Positions 14,360 to 29,095 of a stretch of DNA of 64,000 nt are shown here, one piece after another. The stretch lies in contig OZ024743.1 in the NCBI GenBank assembly GCA_964016885.1, forward strand, positions 62,001 to 126,000, in the 5' to 3' direction. The translations under genes were made by a program, and so were the position numbers. This stretch comes from Eledone cirrhosa. Taxonomy: Eukaryota. Every line of letters starts with the position of its first letter. Positions within the stretch are counted from its first letter, which is position 1. The notes beneath the pieces are model-generated. The model had not been told where the DNA came from. It saw only the letters and a program-made list of their open reading frames with translations, and made no database searches.

Positions 14360-16085
14360 CCCAGGTTAACTTTGCCTTTCATCCATTTGGGGTCGATAAA
14401 ATAAAGTACCAGTAATACACTGGGGTAATTGCTGGCCTTGTGCCAAAAGTAGAAACAATTATTACCTTCATCATTGTTGAACATCCATTTTCCCTGCTAC
14501 AGACTGGTTAATACTCAAGTAGAACCTTTGTCCTCCTTTTGGGCTGAGGGCCTGACATACAATCCTGAACTCTACTGAGTACTTTTTATCATACCACTAA
14601 CACTAAGGAAGTTATAATATCTTTAACACAGCTGAAGAATTTTCTTGACCTTTTGTTTGGCTAGTTTTCTATGACTGGATGCTCTTCCTATCACCAACTA
14701 CTTTACAGAGTGTACTGGGTATATTTAATATGTAGAACACCAACAATAGAAAGGTTGTCATATCGCTAACACAACTAAAGAACTCTCGTTACTCCTTTGA
14801 CATGGTTTCTACTGGAAATACTGAGTTGCATTTTTGTGGCTCCAGCTCTAGGGCGGTAGCCAGTCATACCTCAACTGAAGAGCCCTTTCTTCTGGAGGTG
14901 AGGTGTAAGTTATGGGCATATGACAAGTGTGGGGAGATTTCACAGAGTGAGAATTGGTGAGTGTGAATGGTTGGGTGACCTGGCATTGTGGGAGATACTG
15001 TGGTGATAACAGCTACTAATGGGCTATGACGGGTGTGTCAGAGTTTAGGGGTGTGGGTGAAAGTGATGCTGCAAATAGCTATTAAAGTGTTGGGGAAGGG
15101 AGAGGGTAAAGGATACTGTGTTGGTATTGTAGAATGTAAATAGGTGATTCACAGGGTACCTGGAATTGAGGTAGACTTTTCTCTCTCTTCCCCCCCCCCC
15201 CCCAATTTTTTTTTGCCATGAAGATTCCTTAGTATGCAATGAAAACTGGACAGAGAAACAATAGCAATACATACTGACAGCAGTGAAGTGCACTTGATGC
15301 TCATGTCTATGTAAATTATTACATCCATCTTGTCATCCCCAATGTTATGCTGTTGCGGTATTTGTTGTGTCACTTTACATTCTGAGATCAACTTTGCCTT
15401 CCATTCTTCTGGGGTAGATAAACTAAAGTACAAGTCAAGTGATGGGGTTGATTTAGTTAACTTTGCCCTGCTCCAAAATTTACGAGCTTTGTGCTTAAAT
15501 TAGATATCAATATTATATCCATTCTCCTAAGGCCCTGGATGATGATTTATTTGCCAAGCTTTTCAAAAACGGTTCCATCATCTTGACTCTCTGGATGCAC
15601 TACGTAATTCGGGACATTGAATCTCCTCCACAAGATTAAAGGGATGCAGCTCCCTCTTCAAGAATGGTGATAGGTACCGTCACAGTAACTACTGAGGTAT
15701 TAGTTTGATAGGTATTGGGGACCAAGTCAGTCTGTATAATTGTTGCATATTTTTATGTCAATTTTAGTATTGAGTTTACATTGTAATAAGGGATTGAGAA
15801 CCTACTTCAGTGTCTCTTTTTAATCACTAAATGAAGGCAGTCTTTGGTAAATGGTTTACTTGACAATAGTTTGATTGGCAGAATTGGCAGAGCGTAGGGC
15901 ACCCTGCTTCGTGGAATATAGTTATGGTCCTTTACATTCTGAGTTTCATATTCTGCCGAGGTTAGCTTTGCCTTTCATCCTTACAGGGTTGATAAAATAA
16001 AGTACCAGTCATGCACTGGGGTTGATTTAATCGACTTGCCCCCTCCTAAAAGTGTTGGCCTTGTGCCTAAATCAGAAACCATTAT
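14360..16085 (+). mobile_element. Three SINE family B copies (~14360-14460, ~15380-15505, ~15865-16085)
   Basis: Shared core ctttgcctttcatcc...ggggtcgataaaataaagtaccagt and tail ggccttgtgcc. Confidence 0.7.
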
Positions 16086-19000
16086 AAAGATAATCAGGAG
16101 AATAAGATATTGGACTACCAGTTCACAAGCTCTTAGTTGAAATCTACTTAAGGTGTTTCTAAACAGAGTACCTTTATCTACATTGCCTTAGTTTACTTCG
16201 CTGTTGGGGAGTAAGTACCAGATTATCTGGGAATGTTACCTGAAATAGACTGACATTCTATCCTGGTGGAATATTTGTCTCCCATATGCTTCATGTCATA
16301 ACACTCCATATTGGTGTAGGAAATAGTTGTTTGTTTTGTTTTGCATTTCCATGACATTACCTGATAACCACAATAAATATTTGAGACTTTTGGTAATTGT
16401 CAAATCTCTTGTATATATATATATAAATGTTTTCCTATTAGAAAATCAACTTTCAGTGTGGAATGTAATGATTAGTGTATAGTGGGGATGGATGTAAAAA
16501 ACAGTTTTGCTACAGCCTGATATAGAATAGTTTAAAATTTGATACAAAACTTACTCTAGATATAAAAATGCTTTTTGTTAGAGAGAGCAAGATAAGCTGA
16601 TTAAATCTTGTTGTGCTATTGTAAATGGTATAGAAATTTTATGGAGCAACGGTCTTTGCTTCTAGGTGGCCAACTTTTTATTCAGAGGGACTGCTCTCTT
16701 AGACAGGTTACCTTCGCTGAGACTTGTGGAGTCCATGTCTACCTTGTACAGTTTTATTTATTCAGTATGACTGCTCTCCTATGTGGGCTGCCTTCTCTCT
16801 GGCTTATGTAGCCCAGATTTACCCTTAACTTATTTGGAGTAACTACATTCCTGTTTGGGCAGCCTCCATAGCAGCTTAGGGAGTGGAGCCCACATCTATC
16901 CGTCTATACTGTTCAGTTATATTTAAACCAGCCGCATCCGGCCAGAATTTTCTCACCTCTTTCTGTTCAAACCGGCTGTAACTGGCTGCTCATACTGATG
17001 TTAAGGTATTGTTTACGAAATAGATAATATCAAAATCTCATAGATTCAATATTCTGTCAGATAATTATGTGAGGTAAAGCATTTACCACAAAAATAAAAT
17101 AGTATATATAAAGTTATGTAAATGCTAAAGGGTCAAGGAGCCCTGCCTATCCCAATAAAATAAAGTTTAATTAACCCAGATATTTCTTTGAGTTGAAACG
17201 ATACTATTTATTTTTGTCTTCATATATGTATATATAACCCATGCTAACATGGAAGATAGCCGTTAAACGATGATGATGATGATATATATATATAAAATAA
17301 GGTCATGGCTACGCCATCAACCCACCCCAAGATTGTGAAATGATCTATGAAAGTGTCAAAATTCTGGGGGTTTTTTTGACAATGTTGTGTTTGTACATTT
17401 TCATGTTTTGAATTTTTTTTTTTTTTTTTAAATTCTTATTTCCTTTAGTAACAGTTAAACAATGACAGTAGCAAACAATGACAGTAGCAAACCTGTGTTT
17501 ACAAAGAGTGTAGGTGTTTGTTCAGACATGCTAAAAAAAAATCTGAGTTCGATAAAAAGTGAATGTTAAGTGGAGCTTGTACTTTTTAATCAACTTTCAC
17601 ATTTCATTTACACAACCTTGTACTTCATTTAATGAAAAACAAAATAAAAAGAAACACTCATCATCATCATGCTGACATGGGTTAATGGGATATTTTAAGG
17701 CAATGTTTTACAACCAGATATCTTTCCTGACACCAACCCTTTCAGTTATTTCTTACAACACCCAAAGATATAGTCTAACTATTCTAAACTTGATACACAT
17801 TCTAGTCAGAAAATGTTAACATATTTTAATCTTTATTCTTTTAATTTCCTAATCTATTCAGTGGCACACAAATTTCATCTATACTACTTGTGTTACAATT
17901 AAATGAAACTGTCTACTCATTGCACTATAATGTAAGTGGCTGAATATTTCTCAGACACCTTTAACTTAATCCACAGGCAGAATCAGCTGTAACACTGTGT
18001 GACAAAGGCTTGGTACTTTGCATAACATGTACAGTCCACTACTCTGTTTAAACCACTACTCATTCTATGCTGACTTTGAGCTAAACAATAGCAACAAACA
18101 AGTTTCATTCACAAGGCTTGAGGCAACCTGAGTCTGTGGTACACAACACTTAAACAAGACACCATACAGTAGGATTTTAACCAGCCACTCATACTGATGT
18201 TAAGGTACTTTTCTCAAAATAGATATCAAAATCGCATAAATTTGTTATTATGTAAGATAAAGTCTTTACCACGAAAATATAATAGTAAATATAGAGTAAT
18301 GTAAATGCTAAAGAGTTAAACTAGGATTTAAGGATTGCAAATTGATCTTCTTTACTATTAACCATTACAAAGCTGAATGACTAAGCATGTGTCATGGATA
18401 TATCATTGTAGAATGTTTTAGATATGCCTTACCTTTGATTAACTGAGGACAATGCTGTACACTCTAGCATGCAGTGCTGTATAAATAGGGTATCGTGAAC
18501 AGTCTTTAGATTCTGATGGTAGCTATAGCAAAGGTAGGCAAGATTGGCTTGTAGGTGTTTTATATACAACATTTGATGATATAAAGTGCATTGTTTTGTG
18601 TTCTTTCTTGTAGTTTATTATGGATTACTAGAGAGATTGGGGGCCCAGGTAGGGCTTGCATAGTCCCTGATGGATCTATTGTATTGTTTGTACATCATTT
18701 TTATTGTTTCTTTCTGTTGAGCACGTGGTGCCTCTAAGTGTTCTAAGAATGTTTGTGCATCACATTGCTTTCTTTATTATATATTCAATGGGCGGTGGGA
18801 ATGTTGTGAAGGAACTGTATGTAACTACTAGTATTTTTGTCTTCTCTGCATTTGGTATGTTTTTACTGTTAAATGTGATGGTTGTTTGTATTTGATGTTC
18901 TGATGTTACTGATAAGAAGGGAGAAAATGGATTTGGTAGATGGAATATGTTAGGAGCATGTGATCGTGGTGTCATCTGTGTAAAAAGCTGTGTGTATTTG

Positions 19001-20519
19001 TGGAGTTGTGCGAAGGATGTTTCAGTATATGTCAAAAAGAGTGGGTAGTGGATGTATCTTTGTAGTACTCCATTTCAGAAAATTGCAAATTCTCGAAGTA
19101 GTGTGTTTGGTGACCTGATGGGTAGTTTGCTAGCCCAGTGCTATCTTTTGGTTGTTAAGGTGTTGAGTATTTGGGGTACAAGAGGATAATGAGGAATAGT
19201 TTTAAACAAGTTTTGCTGATATACATGTGATTTTTTCTTTAAGTGGTGGCTTTGGAACTATAGAGATATTACCCAGTTTCTAGATTCTGGGATTATATTA
19301 AATTTTTAAGATGATAGGGTGAGCTTTGAAGGACATTTTGTCAATTATTGTATGTTGAGCACAATTATTGGCTCAATATTTATCTAGTTGAATAAAAAGG
19401 AACCACTGTTGATTCATGAGAAGTGATTAACGTTAGAAATAACAAAATAAATAACCAAAATTATTGCTAGTATGATGAATAATAAAAATAATAAAATCTG
19501 ACTTCGCTTGTTTCATTTGCCATATGATTCTTTCTTCTTTCTCAAATATTCTATTACTGTCTCTCACTCTTTCACATATACATAACACATACATTATATG
19601 AATGTACACATTCTAACTTCTTTCTTCAGCAAATTATAATATAATTAAGGGATTATAAAAAATCAAAAAATGATACAGTTTCTTTTAAATCTGATTCTCA
19701 CTGCCTCTTAGCTCCTGCTTGAATGTCAATATTTCAAGACTCCTCCTCACCTCATTTCTACCTAGGTAATATCAGTTATCCTTCATGCTAAATGTTAGGT
19801 AATTAAACATTCCCCTTTATGCTTCCTTCATTTTCACTATTACAACCACCACATCCCTATCATTGAAAATCTCCCCCCCTCCCCCCCAAAAGCATAAAAA
19901 TATTGATGTAAAGTATTTATTTAGTGTGGACTAATGATATCTTATCACTGCTTGTTTTTGTTGTGGTAATGGCTGCTACAGCACAGCTGTCTGTCCTTGA
20001 GCAAATTCCATTCACTTGGTGATAACCAGTGAATATATAGAACATTTTTAAGCAATAACTAAGAAATACCTAAGGATATTTATATGCTTACAAAATTAGT
20101 GTTTGTATATGTAATTGTGCTTAATGTTTTGTCTATTTTTCATGTTTGTATAGGTACAATATTTTCTTTTTGTTTTGTTGGAGCAATTTTCTCTTCTTAT
20201 CAAGTAATTCTGGGCTTCACCAGTTTTGCCATCACTCTTTCTGTAACCCCCATAACCTGAACTATTAGTTTAATGTCTCTGTAATTGCTGCCCTCTTGTG
20301 CATTTCATTCACTCATGTAGCAATTGAAAATGATACTACTCTGCTAGTTATTGGGTATGACACATTTCCAGTACTGACTTACACTGAGAAATATGGATAA
20401 GTCTTAACGAATTAAAGCACTCAGACTAGTTATTTTTGTCCTTATGTCAATAAAATCTTTTTTTTTTTTTACATCTATTTTCCATGCTGACAAAAGTCAG
20501 AATTATGCAGACCACTTCC

Positions 20520-21700
20520 TTAATAAATTTTCAAAAGATTCATTAGAAGTAGTACAAAGGTTTCCCCATCTAGGTGACCCCATTAGCGGTGGAGGTGGAT
20601 GTACCAAATGTGCTGTAACCTGAGTGAGAACAGGTTGGAAGTTCAGAAAGCTGTTACCTCAGTTGGCAACAAAAAGCTTCAACCTTAGAGTAAAGGGCAG
20701 ATTTTATGATTCTTGTGTTTCAACTGCTATGCTGCATGACAGGAAGACATGGGCTCTAAGTGTAGAAGATCTATCACAGCTAAAGAGAAAAGGTGCATGC
20801 TTCGGTTTGACGATAACTTCCTCCCAACCTCTCACTAGTTTTTGAAGTTCTAAAATAATAATGAGCCTTAGGCTTTGCCCTTCCATCTCTGACTAAATAG
20901 TAAAATATGTTTTTGAAACAAAATAAAAGCAAACAAACAAAACAAATAAAATATTTGTTTTACCTCAACAGAATTTACATAGCAACTCCATAATTCTAGT
21001 TATGCATAAAATGTGGAGTCAGGGTATTATATTAGTTACTAGCTGGCGTCGTGCCTTCAAAAAGGTGGCTAATTGCAGTATATTAGATATAAAAAGGGTA
21101 AAAAACCAAGTTTTTAGTTTAATAATTCTTTTATTACAATCTTTTTGTGAAAAAACTATCTTTAACCAACATAGGTAACCATCATCATCATCGTTTCTGC
21201 CTCCATTTTTCCATGCTTGCATGGATTAGATGATGCCTTTTCACCACAGCATCTCTCCACTCGCCGTGTATCTTTGTCATCTCTTCTGTGAGTCTCAGCG
21301 ATTTGAGCTTGGCTCTCACCATCTCTACACAGGTCTTTCTCGGTCTACCTATACTGGGCTTCTACTTACTGTCATTTGCTGGCACTTCTTCACCCATCGA
21401 TGATCATTCATGTGCATCACATGTCCGTACCAATGTAGTTTTTTCAATTGCACACCTTGGATTCCTCTTAAACCCAGTTTCTCCCTCAATTCATTGAAGC
21501 TCTGCCTTTCTCTCACATTTATGTTGCACATCCAATGAAGTATGGCTGCTTCATTCTCTCCAGCCCTCCATGTCCTCTTCAGTCACTGCCTATGTTTCAC
21601 TACCATGCAGCATTGCACTTCACACACAGGCATCATACAGCTGTCTTTTTGTATGTAGGGAGAAACCTTTTGTTGTCAACATTGGGAGTTGCTCTCTAAA
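20520..21700. mobile_element. Two old RTE fragments (+ ~20520-20800; - ~21180-21700 with (GAT)n tail)
   Basis: RTGWKFRKLLPQLATK...AMLH and CNINVRERQSFNELREKLG...WYGHVM match the LINE at 12260-12600. Confidence 0.75.
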
Positions 21701-22036
21701 CTGCATATGTATACATTTATATGTATGAGTATATAAATATAAACACACAAACACCCACACAATAATAATATAGTCAAAGTGTGTAGCCATTTCACCACAC
21801 ATATACTCATACAACTGTAGCGAATCTTAGAATGCTAGAATGCTGGTTGCTGTTTTCTATAGCCCCCCCCCCCCCCCCCCATGTCATCTCCCTTTCAGTA
21901 AGTGACAAACAAATATATAAATAAACCCACATTAGCTGTTATTATAATTGATTGATTGTTTATTTTAAAATGACATCTATATACTTAATATGACTAATTT
22001 TCATTTTTTATTTTATCTATTTAATTTCTTCTTCAG

Positions 22037-22612
22037 GTTTCTGAGATAAAACGTGTAAACCATCTAATCCGCGACCAGGATCTCTTTGGACGGAAATTGG
22101 TAAAAGTCCCCATCAGAAAACATGGCCATATCACCGAGCTCCATAGTGACTTATTGATCCAGGATTCGTCCTCTTTAGACTTGACAAAACCTGCTGCTCA
22201 AACGGACCTCATTGACTGCTCTGATGATACAGCAGTAGGCGTGTTAAACAGTGCAGATGAAGAAAGTTGCAATCTCAGTGATCCGGAGATGCAACGTAGG
22301 ATAATTCAGAGCCTCAGTATAAAGGACATGATGCATTCGCAGACAAAGGAGGCTGAAGAATTCCTGCGTAGCATGGATCGCGATTTGGAAGTGATTCGGA
22401 ACTCGACGAAGACTGGCTGTCAGTCACTCAATGAGGTGATATCAGTTCTGACCAACAAATCAATACAGCCTCTTCAGAAGCCTAATAATATTTGGAATTG
22501 CTCAGGAGATGATTGTGGACTGCGTTACAAAACTATAGTTGCTGCTGTTATAATCATAGGAATTGTTATTCCTATCATAATTTTATATTTCAAATATTAT
22601 AAACCTGACTAG
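22037..22612 (+). CDS. Last coding exon of a LysM and transmembrane domain protein (LYSMD3/LYSMD4-like)
   Basis: Polypyrimidine tract and acceptor ttcttcag at 22029-22036, phase 0. VSEIKRVNHLIRDQDLFGRKLVKVP is the second half of a LysM domain. AEEFLRSMDRDL and C-terminal GDDCGL + hydrophobic helix IVAAVIIIGIVIPIIILYF resemble LYSMD3/4. Stop TAG at 22610-22612. The upstream exon was not found in the window. Confidence 0.85.
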   Translation, partial: VSEIKRVNHLIRDQDLFGRKLVKVPIRKHGHITELHSDLLIQDSSSLDLTKPAAQTDLIDCSDDTAVGVLNSADEESCNLSDPEMQRRIIQSLSIKDMMHSQTKEAEEFLRSMDRDLEVIRNSTKTGCQSLNEVISVLTNKSIQPLQKPNNIWNCSGDDCGLRYKTIVAAVIIIGIVIPIIILYFKYYKPD

Positions 22613-23409
22613 AATTTCTAATGTTGTTATATGTCATTGTCATCACCATTATAATCATCTTCATCCTTATTATTATTGTTATTGTTGCTGTTGATATCTC
22701 TACAACTACTAATAACATAGCTGTTGATTATTTTTTTTTAATCACAACTACAATCATAATCATCATCATTAACATCATGACCGTCTTCATTTTTAATTTC
22801 ATCATTATCATCCTCATTATTAATATTATTTAATCAGTTCTCTTTATCTTTCTCTCAACTGCTTTTGGGTTCTTTGTAAGGAAACAAAATAAAAATTTAA
22901 AAATAGAGAAAATAAAATCTGAACATCATTGTTGTTTTAACGTCTGCTTTCCCTGCTAGCAAGGGTTGGACAGGTCCATACAGACCAAGTACTGAACCAG
23001 AGCTACTGGTTTCCCAGACAGGCCAGGGATCTGTATCTTTCTTATGTACGGTCTCACATTCTACCGAGTGCTCAATTGACCTCAAAAAAAAAACAAAAAC
23101 AAATGAATCTTAAATAAATATATGAAATATAGGATATGTGATAGGAGGATGTGGACTAAAGGAATGAGAAAAAAGAAAATTACTTTTTTCCAGAGTCTTC
23201 AGTCCTTCCCTATGTTTTCTTTCTTTTCTTGTCTCTATTCTTTGAGAATTTCCCATTTCACTTTTATTAAACTGCTCAACTTTTATAAACCATCTGATTA
23301 CTGTTGAAATGCATGCCAAAATAGTTTACACATATATACACATACACACACAAACATATAAAATTCATGATGTGCCTGTGTGTGTGTGTGTATATATATA
23401 TATAAGAGA

Positions 23410-25270
23410 GTATTGAAGTTTGCTTGAAGCATTGTGGAATAATAAGGTAGATTTCTTTAAGTCATTTGGAAGCCTCGACAATGCAGATGGGTAAATCTCC
23501 GGGTAGCAAGATCCGGTGGTGGAGAGAGAGATGTAAGTGGGAGTACGTTGAGATGCGTGGTGTGTATAAGACTGTAACGTGTAGAGAATGAAGGAAAGAG
23601 CGTAAAGGATAAAAATAAAAATAACAACACGAGATAGAGTTACCTTGGGAGAGATTTAATTGTCCCTATATATTTTTCGGATCACATCCATCAACTGGGG
23701 TTTTTTCCGGGGAGGGGATGAATGGTTGTCTGTCGGAAAGGTGCGAAACGTGTCCTCCGCTGTTCGTTGTTTTGAATATCTGAGGTATGCAGCAGAGCGT
23801 GCATGCGCGTGAAATGGGGTCGGTCAAGCAGAGGTCAGCGGCCGAAGTAGTTCTTTCAATTGTGGGAGTGGGGTGGCGCTAGCTGTCAGTCCATTCTCTG
23901 CCTGTTTGGTGAATGTTACTGTGCGTGTGTGCGTGTGTTGTTGTCTCACTTGAGTGTGTGTGTGTGTGTGTTGCCTTGTTCCTCTGTATTGTCAGTGTAG
24001 TATGTTCGTATGGTGGAATACTACTGTGTGTGCGTGTGCTGCTGTCTCGCTTGTGTGTGTGTGTGTGCATGTGTTGCTGCATCGTTTGTTAACTTAAAAC
24101 AATCACCTCATTTTGCTTCTCTCGGATTGGTTGTTTAATTGTGGCCCTAGGCGTTTGATCCAAAGTGCTTCCTTGATACGTAACGTGCCGACGTTTCTTT
24201 CTGTCGCTAGAATTGTGACAATGGGCCTTCCGTCTTTATTTCCGCATTTGACTGTGTTTCCGGAAAGACGAGGCCCTGGTTTTAGTGTGTTCCTTGATCC
24301 GGATATGCAACGGCCGGATTGTGCTACCTATATAGTATTGGTTGCACTTGTTACATTCTATCTTATACACGACGTATGTGCGTAGGCAACAGTTCGCATG
24401 GGGCATCGGGCAATCTCTGAGGGAGCACGCGTCAGTTGATTTCCCGGGTTTCCTGGAGAGGCATCTTCGCAGGAAGGGGCCCGAGTGGGCCAGGTGGATG
24501 TCGAGGCCCTCCCTCCGTATAGCCTTGCGGATAGCGTTGGTGGTATTCTCGCCCAAGTGTGGCATTTTAAGGAAGCACTTGCCTTTGGTGCCTCTCTGTC
24601 TCTTGTGTCTGGTGTCTCCTACTCTGTCTGTGAGCGAGGTAGGGTACCTGTTCGTCTCCAGCACCTCGAGGAATCGCTTGGTATGAGTGACACCACTCGC
24701 GGGATCGCTGCATCTGATTTTGATTCGCGCGATCTCGTTCGTGATGTATCCTCTTTTGGCACTGTTAGGGAGGGCGGATTTGTAGTGGACGAACAGGTCC
24801 TTGCAGGTTGCCTTTCGGTAGAAGTTGCAGTGGATCCCTCCCTGTTCTGTGATGTTGATTCGGAAGTCGAGCAGGGCAAGTGACCCGTCGTCGTTGGGGT
24901 GTTCAACACTGAAGTCAATGTTCTCGTCCGTGTTGTTGAACGTCTCATAGATTCTGTTTGCCATGTCTTGGGAAGATGTGAGGATGAGGATATCGTCCAC
25001 GTACCTTGAGAAAAAGGCGACGGCGTTGGGGTGGCAGGCGTCGAGTGCCTTGCACTCGAGGCTGTCCATGTAAGAGATCGCTAGCACATCCGACAGGCTT
25101 GATCCCATGGGCAGTCCCGAGGTTTGTTGGTATGTTTGGTCAAGGAATCCGAAGTAGGTGTTGTCGACGACGATGGATAGGAGTTGGTGGATGTCAGTGG
25201 TGGTGAGCCCGAAGCAGTGTAGGTCGGTGGATTGGACGCGTTCCATCAGTATATTGACGGCCGAGTACGA
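23410..25270 (-). mobile_element. Penelope/Poseidon-type PLE, 5'-truncated (ORF remnant ~24090-25270)
   Basis: YQQTSGLPMGSSLS, FSRYVDD, LALLD, FYRK and GIY-YIG motif VVYKIECNKCNQYYIGST; frameshift near 24240; left boundary approximate. Confidence 0.85.
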
Positions 25271-25749
25271 AACTTAGAATTCGTCAACCCCTTTTCAGGC
25301 TAGGCTGCTCGCTCGCTCGGTGAAATGTAACGTACAAATGCCATTTCTTTACTCTTCTCTCCATTTTTTCCCTGGTCCATTCATCTATCTGTATCATTTT
25401 GTCCAGAATCCAATCTTGCTTTTTCAATGCTATTCAATAATTCTGTCCGAGTGTTCAAAACAATCTTCTTGTATTTTTTAAATTCCCATAATTATTCTCT
25501 TATTACTGTTATATATGCTTGTTCAATTATGCACAAAATTCAAGGATTTTATTTAAACCTTCTCACTAACTACTCCATATCCCTCCCACCCGCCCACACT
25601 CACCACCATTATTACGTGGACCAATCATAAGTCAACGGCCTATGCTATCACTTCTTAAGTTTAGACCTGGTTGCTTTTCGATATGATGGATGGACTACGG
25701 AATTCTGGAGAGTTTGAAAAGAAAAAATCTGGACACTCAGTCACAATGC

Positions 25750-28497
25750 CAAAGATAAAGACAAATTCACCTCATGCTGCTGGACGAGAATGCAAGGAGT
25801 CCTCCTCTTTATTTCGACCGAGGATGGCTAACATAACCCCATCTCCCTCACCCCCCCTGTGCCCCACCGTTCCCACCCTCCAAACGCAATCCAAAACTTC
25901 AGAGTTGGTACCATGAATGTAGGCACCTTAAAAGGTCGCTCTAACGAGGTTGTAGAAATGCTTGAGCATAAGGAGGTTGATCTTTGCTGTATTCAAGAGA
26001 CCAGGTGGAGGGGTGGGTCTGCTAGATTCATTGTGGGTAAAGAATGATGCTATAAGCTTTTCTGGGTAGGAAATGACAATGGGCTGGGTGGAGTAGGAAT
26101 CATGGTAACAGAAAAGTGGGCAGATAAGATAATAGACGTAAATAGAGTGAACGACAGAATAATTAAAATAAGACTTGCCCTCAATAGATCTACTGTGACA
26201 ATAATATCTGCTTACGCACCACAATCCGGACTGCCTGGCGTTATAAAAGACAGATTCTATGAGTCGTTAATGCTCACTACCTCCCAAATAACCGACAGTG
26301 ACTACATAATTATCGCTGGCGACCTAAATGGTCACGTTGGACAACATTGTGACGGCTATGACGGAATCCATGGAGGCTATGGGTTTGGTACTAGAAATGA
26401 GGAAGACTCCAGAATCCTGGAATTCTGTGACACAAATAACCTAACTATCTGTAACACTAACTTCAAAAAACAAGACAATCACTTGATCACCTATAGATCC
26501 GGGGAACACACAAGCCAGGTAGATTATATCCTTACCAGAAGACGTGACAGAGTGTCTGTTGTAAACACTAAATCCCTCCCCATGAAGAATGTACCTCTCA
26601 ACATAGACTCATGATTAGCGACCTCATAGTCAGGACAAGACGTACCCAACAACAGAAGAGGACTATCCTCAGGAGAAAAATATGGAAGCTAAAGGACCCC
26701 ACAGCCAGTAATAAATTTAAAAGCATATTACTTGATGCTTTTGATAGTAAGGAAGAGCAATTAGTGTCGTACAATATAGAGGAACAGTGGGAATTCCTGA
26801 AAGCTAACCTGCTGAAGGCGACAGATGAAATCTGTGGCTGGAGCAGACATATAGGCAGGAGGAGAGTAACTTGGTGGTGGAACAGTAAGGTGGAGGAGTC
26901 AGTCAAGGCCGGAAAGCAGGCTTGGAAAGTATGGCGGGATGGGGGAAGTAGAGAAAACTATCAAATAGCCAGGAGGAAAGCTAGGAGACAAGTGTACTTC
27001 GCAAGAAGGGAAGCAGAAGAAAGAAAGTTCAAGCATGTTCTACAACGCGAGGACCAAAAATGTGAGGTGTTCAGGATTACTAGGCAATGTGTCAAGGAAA
27101 ACCGTGATATTGTCGGGGAGAAGTGTGTCCTTAATGATGATGGTGTACTTGCCATCACTGACACTGATAAGAAGGTAGCTTGGAAGTGTCACTACGAAAG
27201 GCTACTAAATGAGGAGAATAATTGGGAGAAAGACAGTCTCCTCCACATCGATCCAATAGAGGGACCAGCAGTGCAAGTTGAAGGTAGTATAATAAGTAAG
27301 GCGATCAAAGATATGAAGACAAGTAAGGCGGCTGGGCCTTCGGAAATAGTTGCTGAAATGCTGAAAGCATCTGGAACGGTGGAACACACTATGGTCACCC
27401 GGATAGTAAACCAAGTCTTACAAAATGGGGTCGTTCCGAAGGACTGGCGTAGCAGCATCATCATTAACTGCTACAAGGGTAAAGGAGATGCCCTAGATAG
27501 AGGAAACTATAGAGGCATTAAATTAATTGACCAGGTCATGAAGGTCACAGAAGAAGTAATAGTGCAACTAATCAGAGAGCGAATTGATCTAGATGAAATG
27601 CAGTTCGGGTTTGTGTCGGGTAAAAGTACCACAGACGCTCTTTTCATTGTATGACAGCTACAGGAGAAGTACCTAGCTAAAAGTAAAGCCCTATACTTAG
27701 CTTTTTTTGACTTGGAAAAAGCCTTTTACAGAGTCCCCCGCTCCATTATCTGGTGGGCCCTTAGAAAACTAGGTGTTGATGAATGGCTTGTGAGAGCTAT
27801 ATAAGCCATGTATAAAGAAACAGTCAGCAAGGTTAGAATTAACAACGAATATAGTGAAGAGTTTAGCGTAAAAGTTGGTGTTCATCAGGGCTCCGTCCTT
27901 AGCCCCCTACTATTTATTATTGCCCTTCAGGCTATAACAGTGGAGTTCAAGACTGGCTGCCCATGGGAACTCCTATACGCAGATGATCTAACACTAATAG
28001 CTGAATCAATGGCTGAACTAGAGAAGAAATTCCAAACATGGAAGCATGGCCTAGAATCAAAAGGCCTTAAAATTAACCTGTCTAAGACGAAAGTTCTAGT
28101 TTGTAGGAAGGAAAATAGCGCACTGGTCCCATCTGGGAAATGGCCATGCTCAGTGTGTAGGAAAGGTGTAGGCAGAAACTCCATTTTATGTCCCAAATGC
28201 AAAGTATGGGTGCATAAAAGATGTAGTGGGATCACAGGTAAGCTAACTAAGAATATAGATTTTAAATGTGGCCGGTGCTCAGGTGCAATAAGTAGCAGCA
28301 AGTGCCCACAGAATACTAGCTCATTCCATTGCACAGATGGTTCTATAGAAATAGGGGACACCTTCCGTTACCTGGGTGACAAAATCAACAGTGGTGGAGG
28401 GTGCTCTGAAAGTACAGTAGCTAGAGTCAGAACGGGATGGAAAAAGTTCAGAGAGCTTATACCACTATTGGCCGCTAAAGGGTTCTCTCTAAAAATG
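25750..28497 (+). mobile_element. RTE-clade LINE with APE endonuclease and RT, 3'-truncated, several stops and frameshifts
   Basis: FRVGTMNVGTL, IQETRW, ISAYAPQ, AGDLNGHVG, SQVDYIL, LLYADD; highly similar to 10395-12330. Confidence 0.92.
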
Positions 28498-29095
28498 AGA
28501 GTGTCATACATAATGACTGCCATAACAGTATCATCGTCAACTGCTACAAGGGCTAAGGAGATGCTCTAAACTATTGAGACATGAAGTTGATGGAATAGAT
28601 CATGAAAGTAACTGAAAGAGCTATTGCACAACTAATTAAGTGTAGACTTAACAGACGAGATGTAGTTAGGCTTTGTACCTGTTAAAGCACCACAGATGCC
28701 CTCTTTTTTTTCTTGTGGGACACGCAGAAGTACCAAGCTATGAGTAAGCACCTCTGCCTAGTGTTTCTTGACATGAAAAAAAAAAAATTGACTTTGACAG
28801 TGTTCCTTGCTCCATAAACTGGTGAACTCTTAGGAAACTAGAGAAAGAGATATGGCTTGTAAGGGTAGTGCAGTCAAGTAAGGTTAGAGTTAAAAATAAA
28901 TACTGACGAATTTAATGTGCAGGTGCAGTCCCTTTTGTTTAGTATTGTCCTCTAGACCATAATGAAGGAATTTAACACTGGCTGCCCATGGTAACTCCTA
29001 TATGTTGATGATCTACTCCTCACCCAAGTCTGGGGCAGAACCAGAGAAAAACTTCCAGACATAAAAGCAAAACATGTAATCAAAAGGCCTCAGTG
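28498..29095 (+). mobile_element. Older degraded RTE RT fragment
   Basis: atcatcgtcaactgctacaaggg...ggctgcccatgg parallels 27457-28070 with many lesions. Confidence 0.7.

Noticed and set aside
18300-19360. Possible old minus-strand LINE remnant
   Set aside because: Only faint motif hints; not classifiable by eye.
22621-22833. 70-aa hydrophobic ORF after the LysM gene stop
   Set aside because: (ATC/ATT)n low-complexity 3' UTR sequence.
23664-23700. Possible minus-strand hammerhead of the Poseidon-type PLE
   Set aside because: The core reads CAGTTGA with two mismatches and there is no second copy to confirm it.
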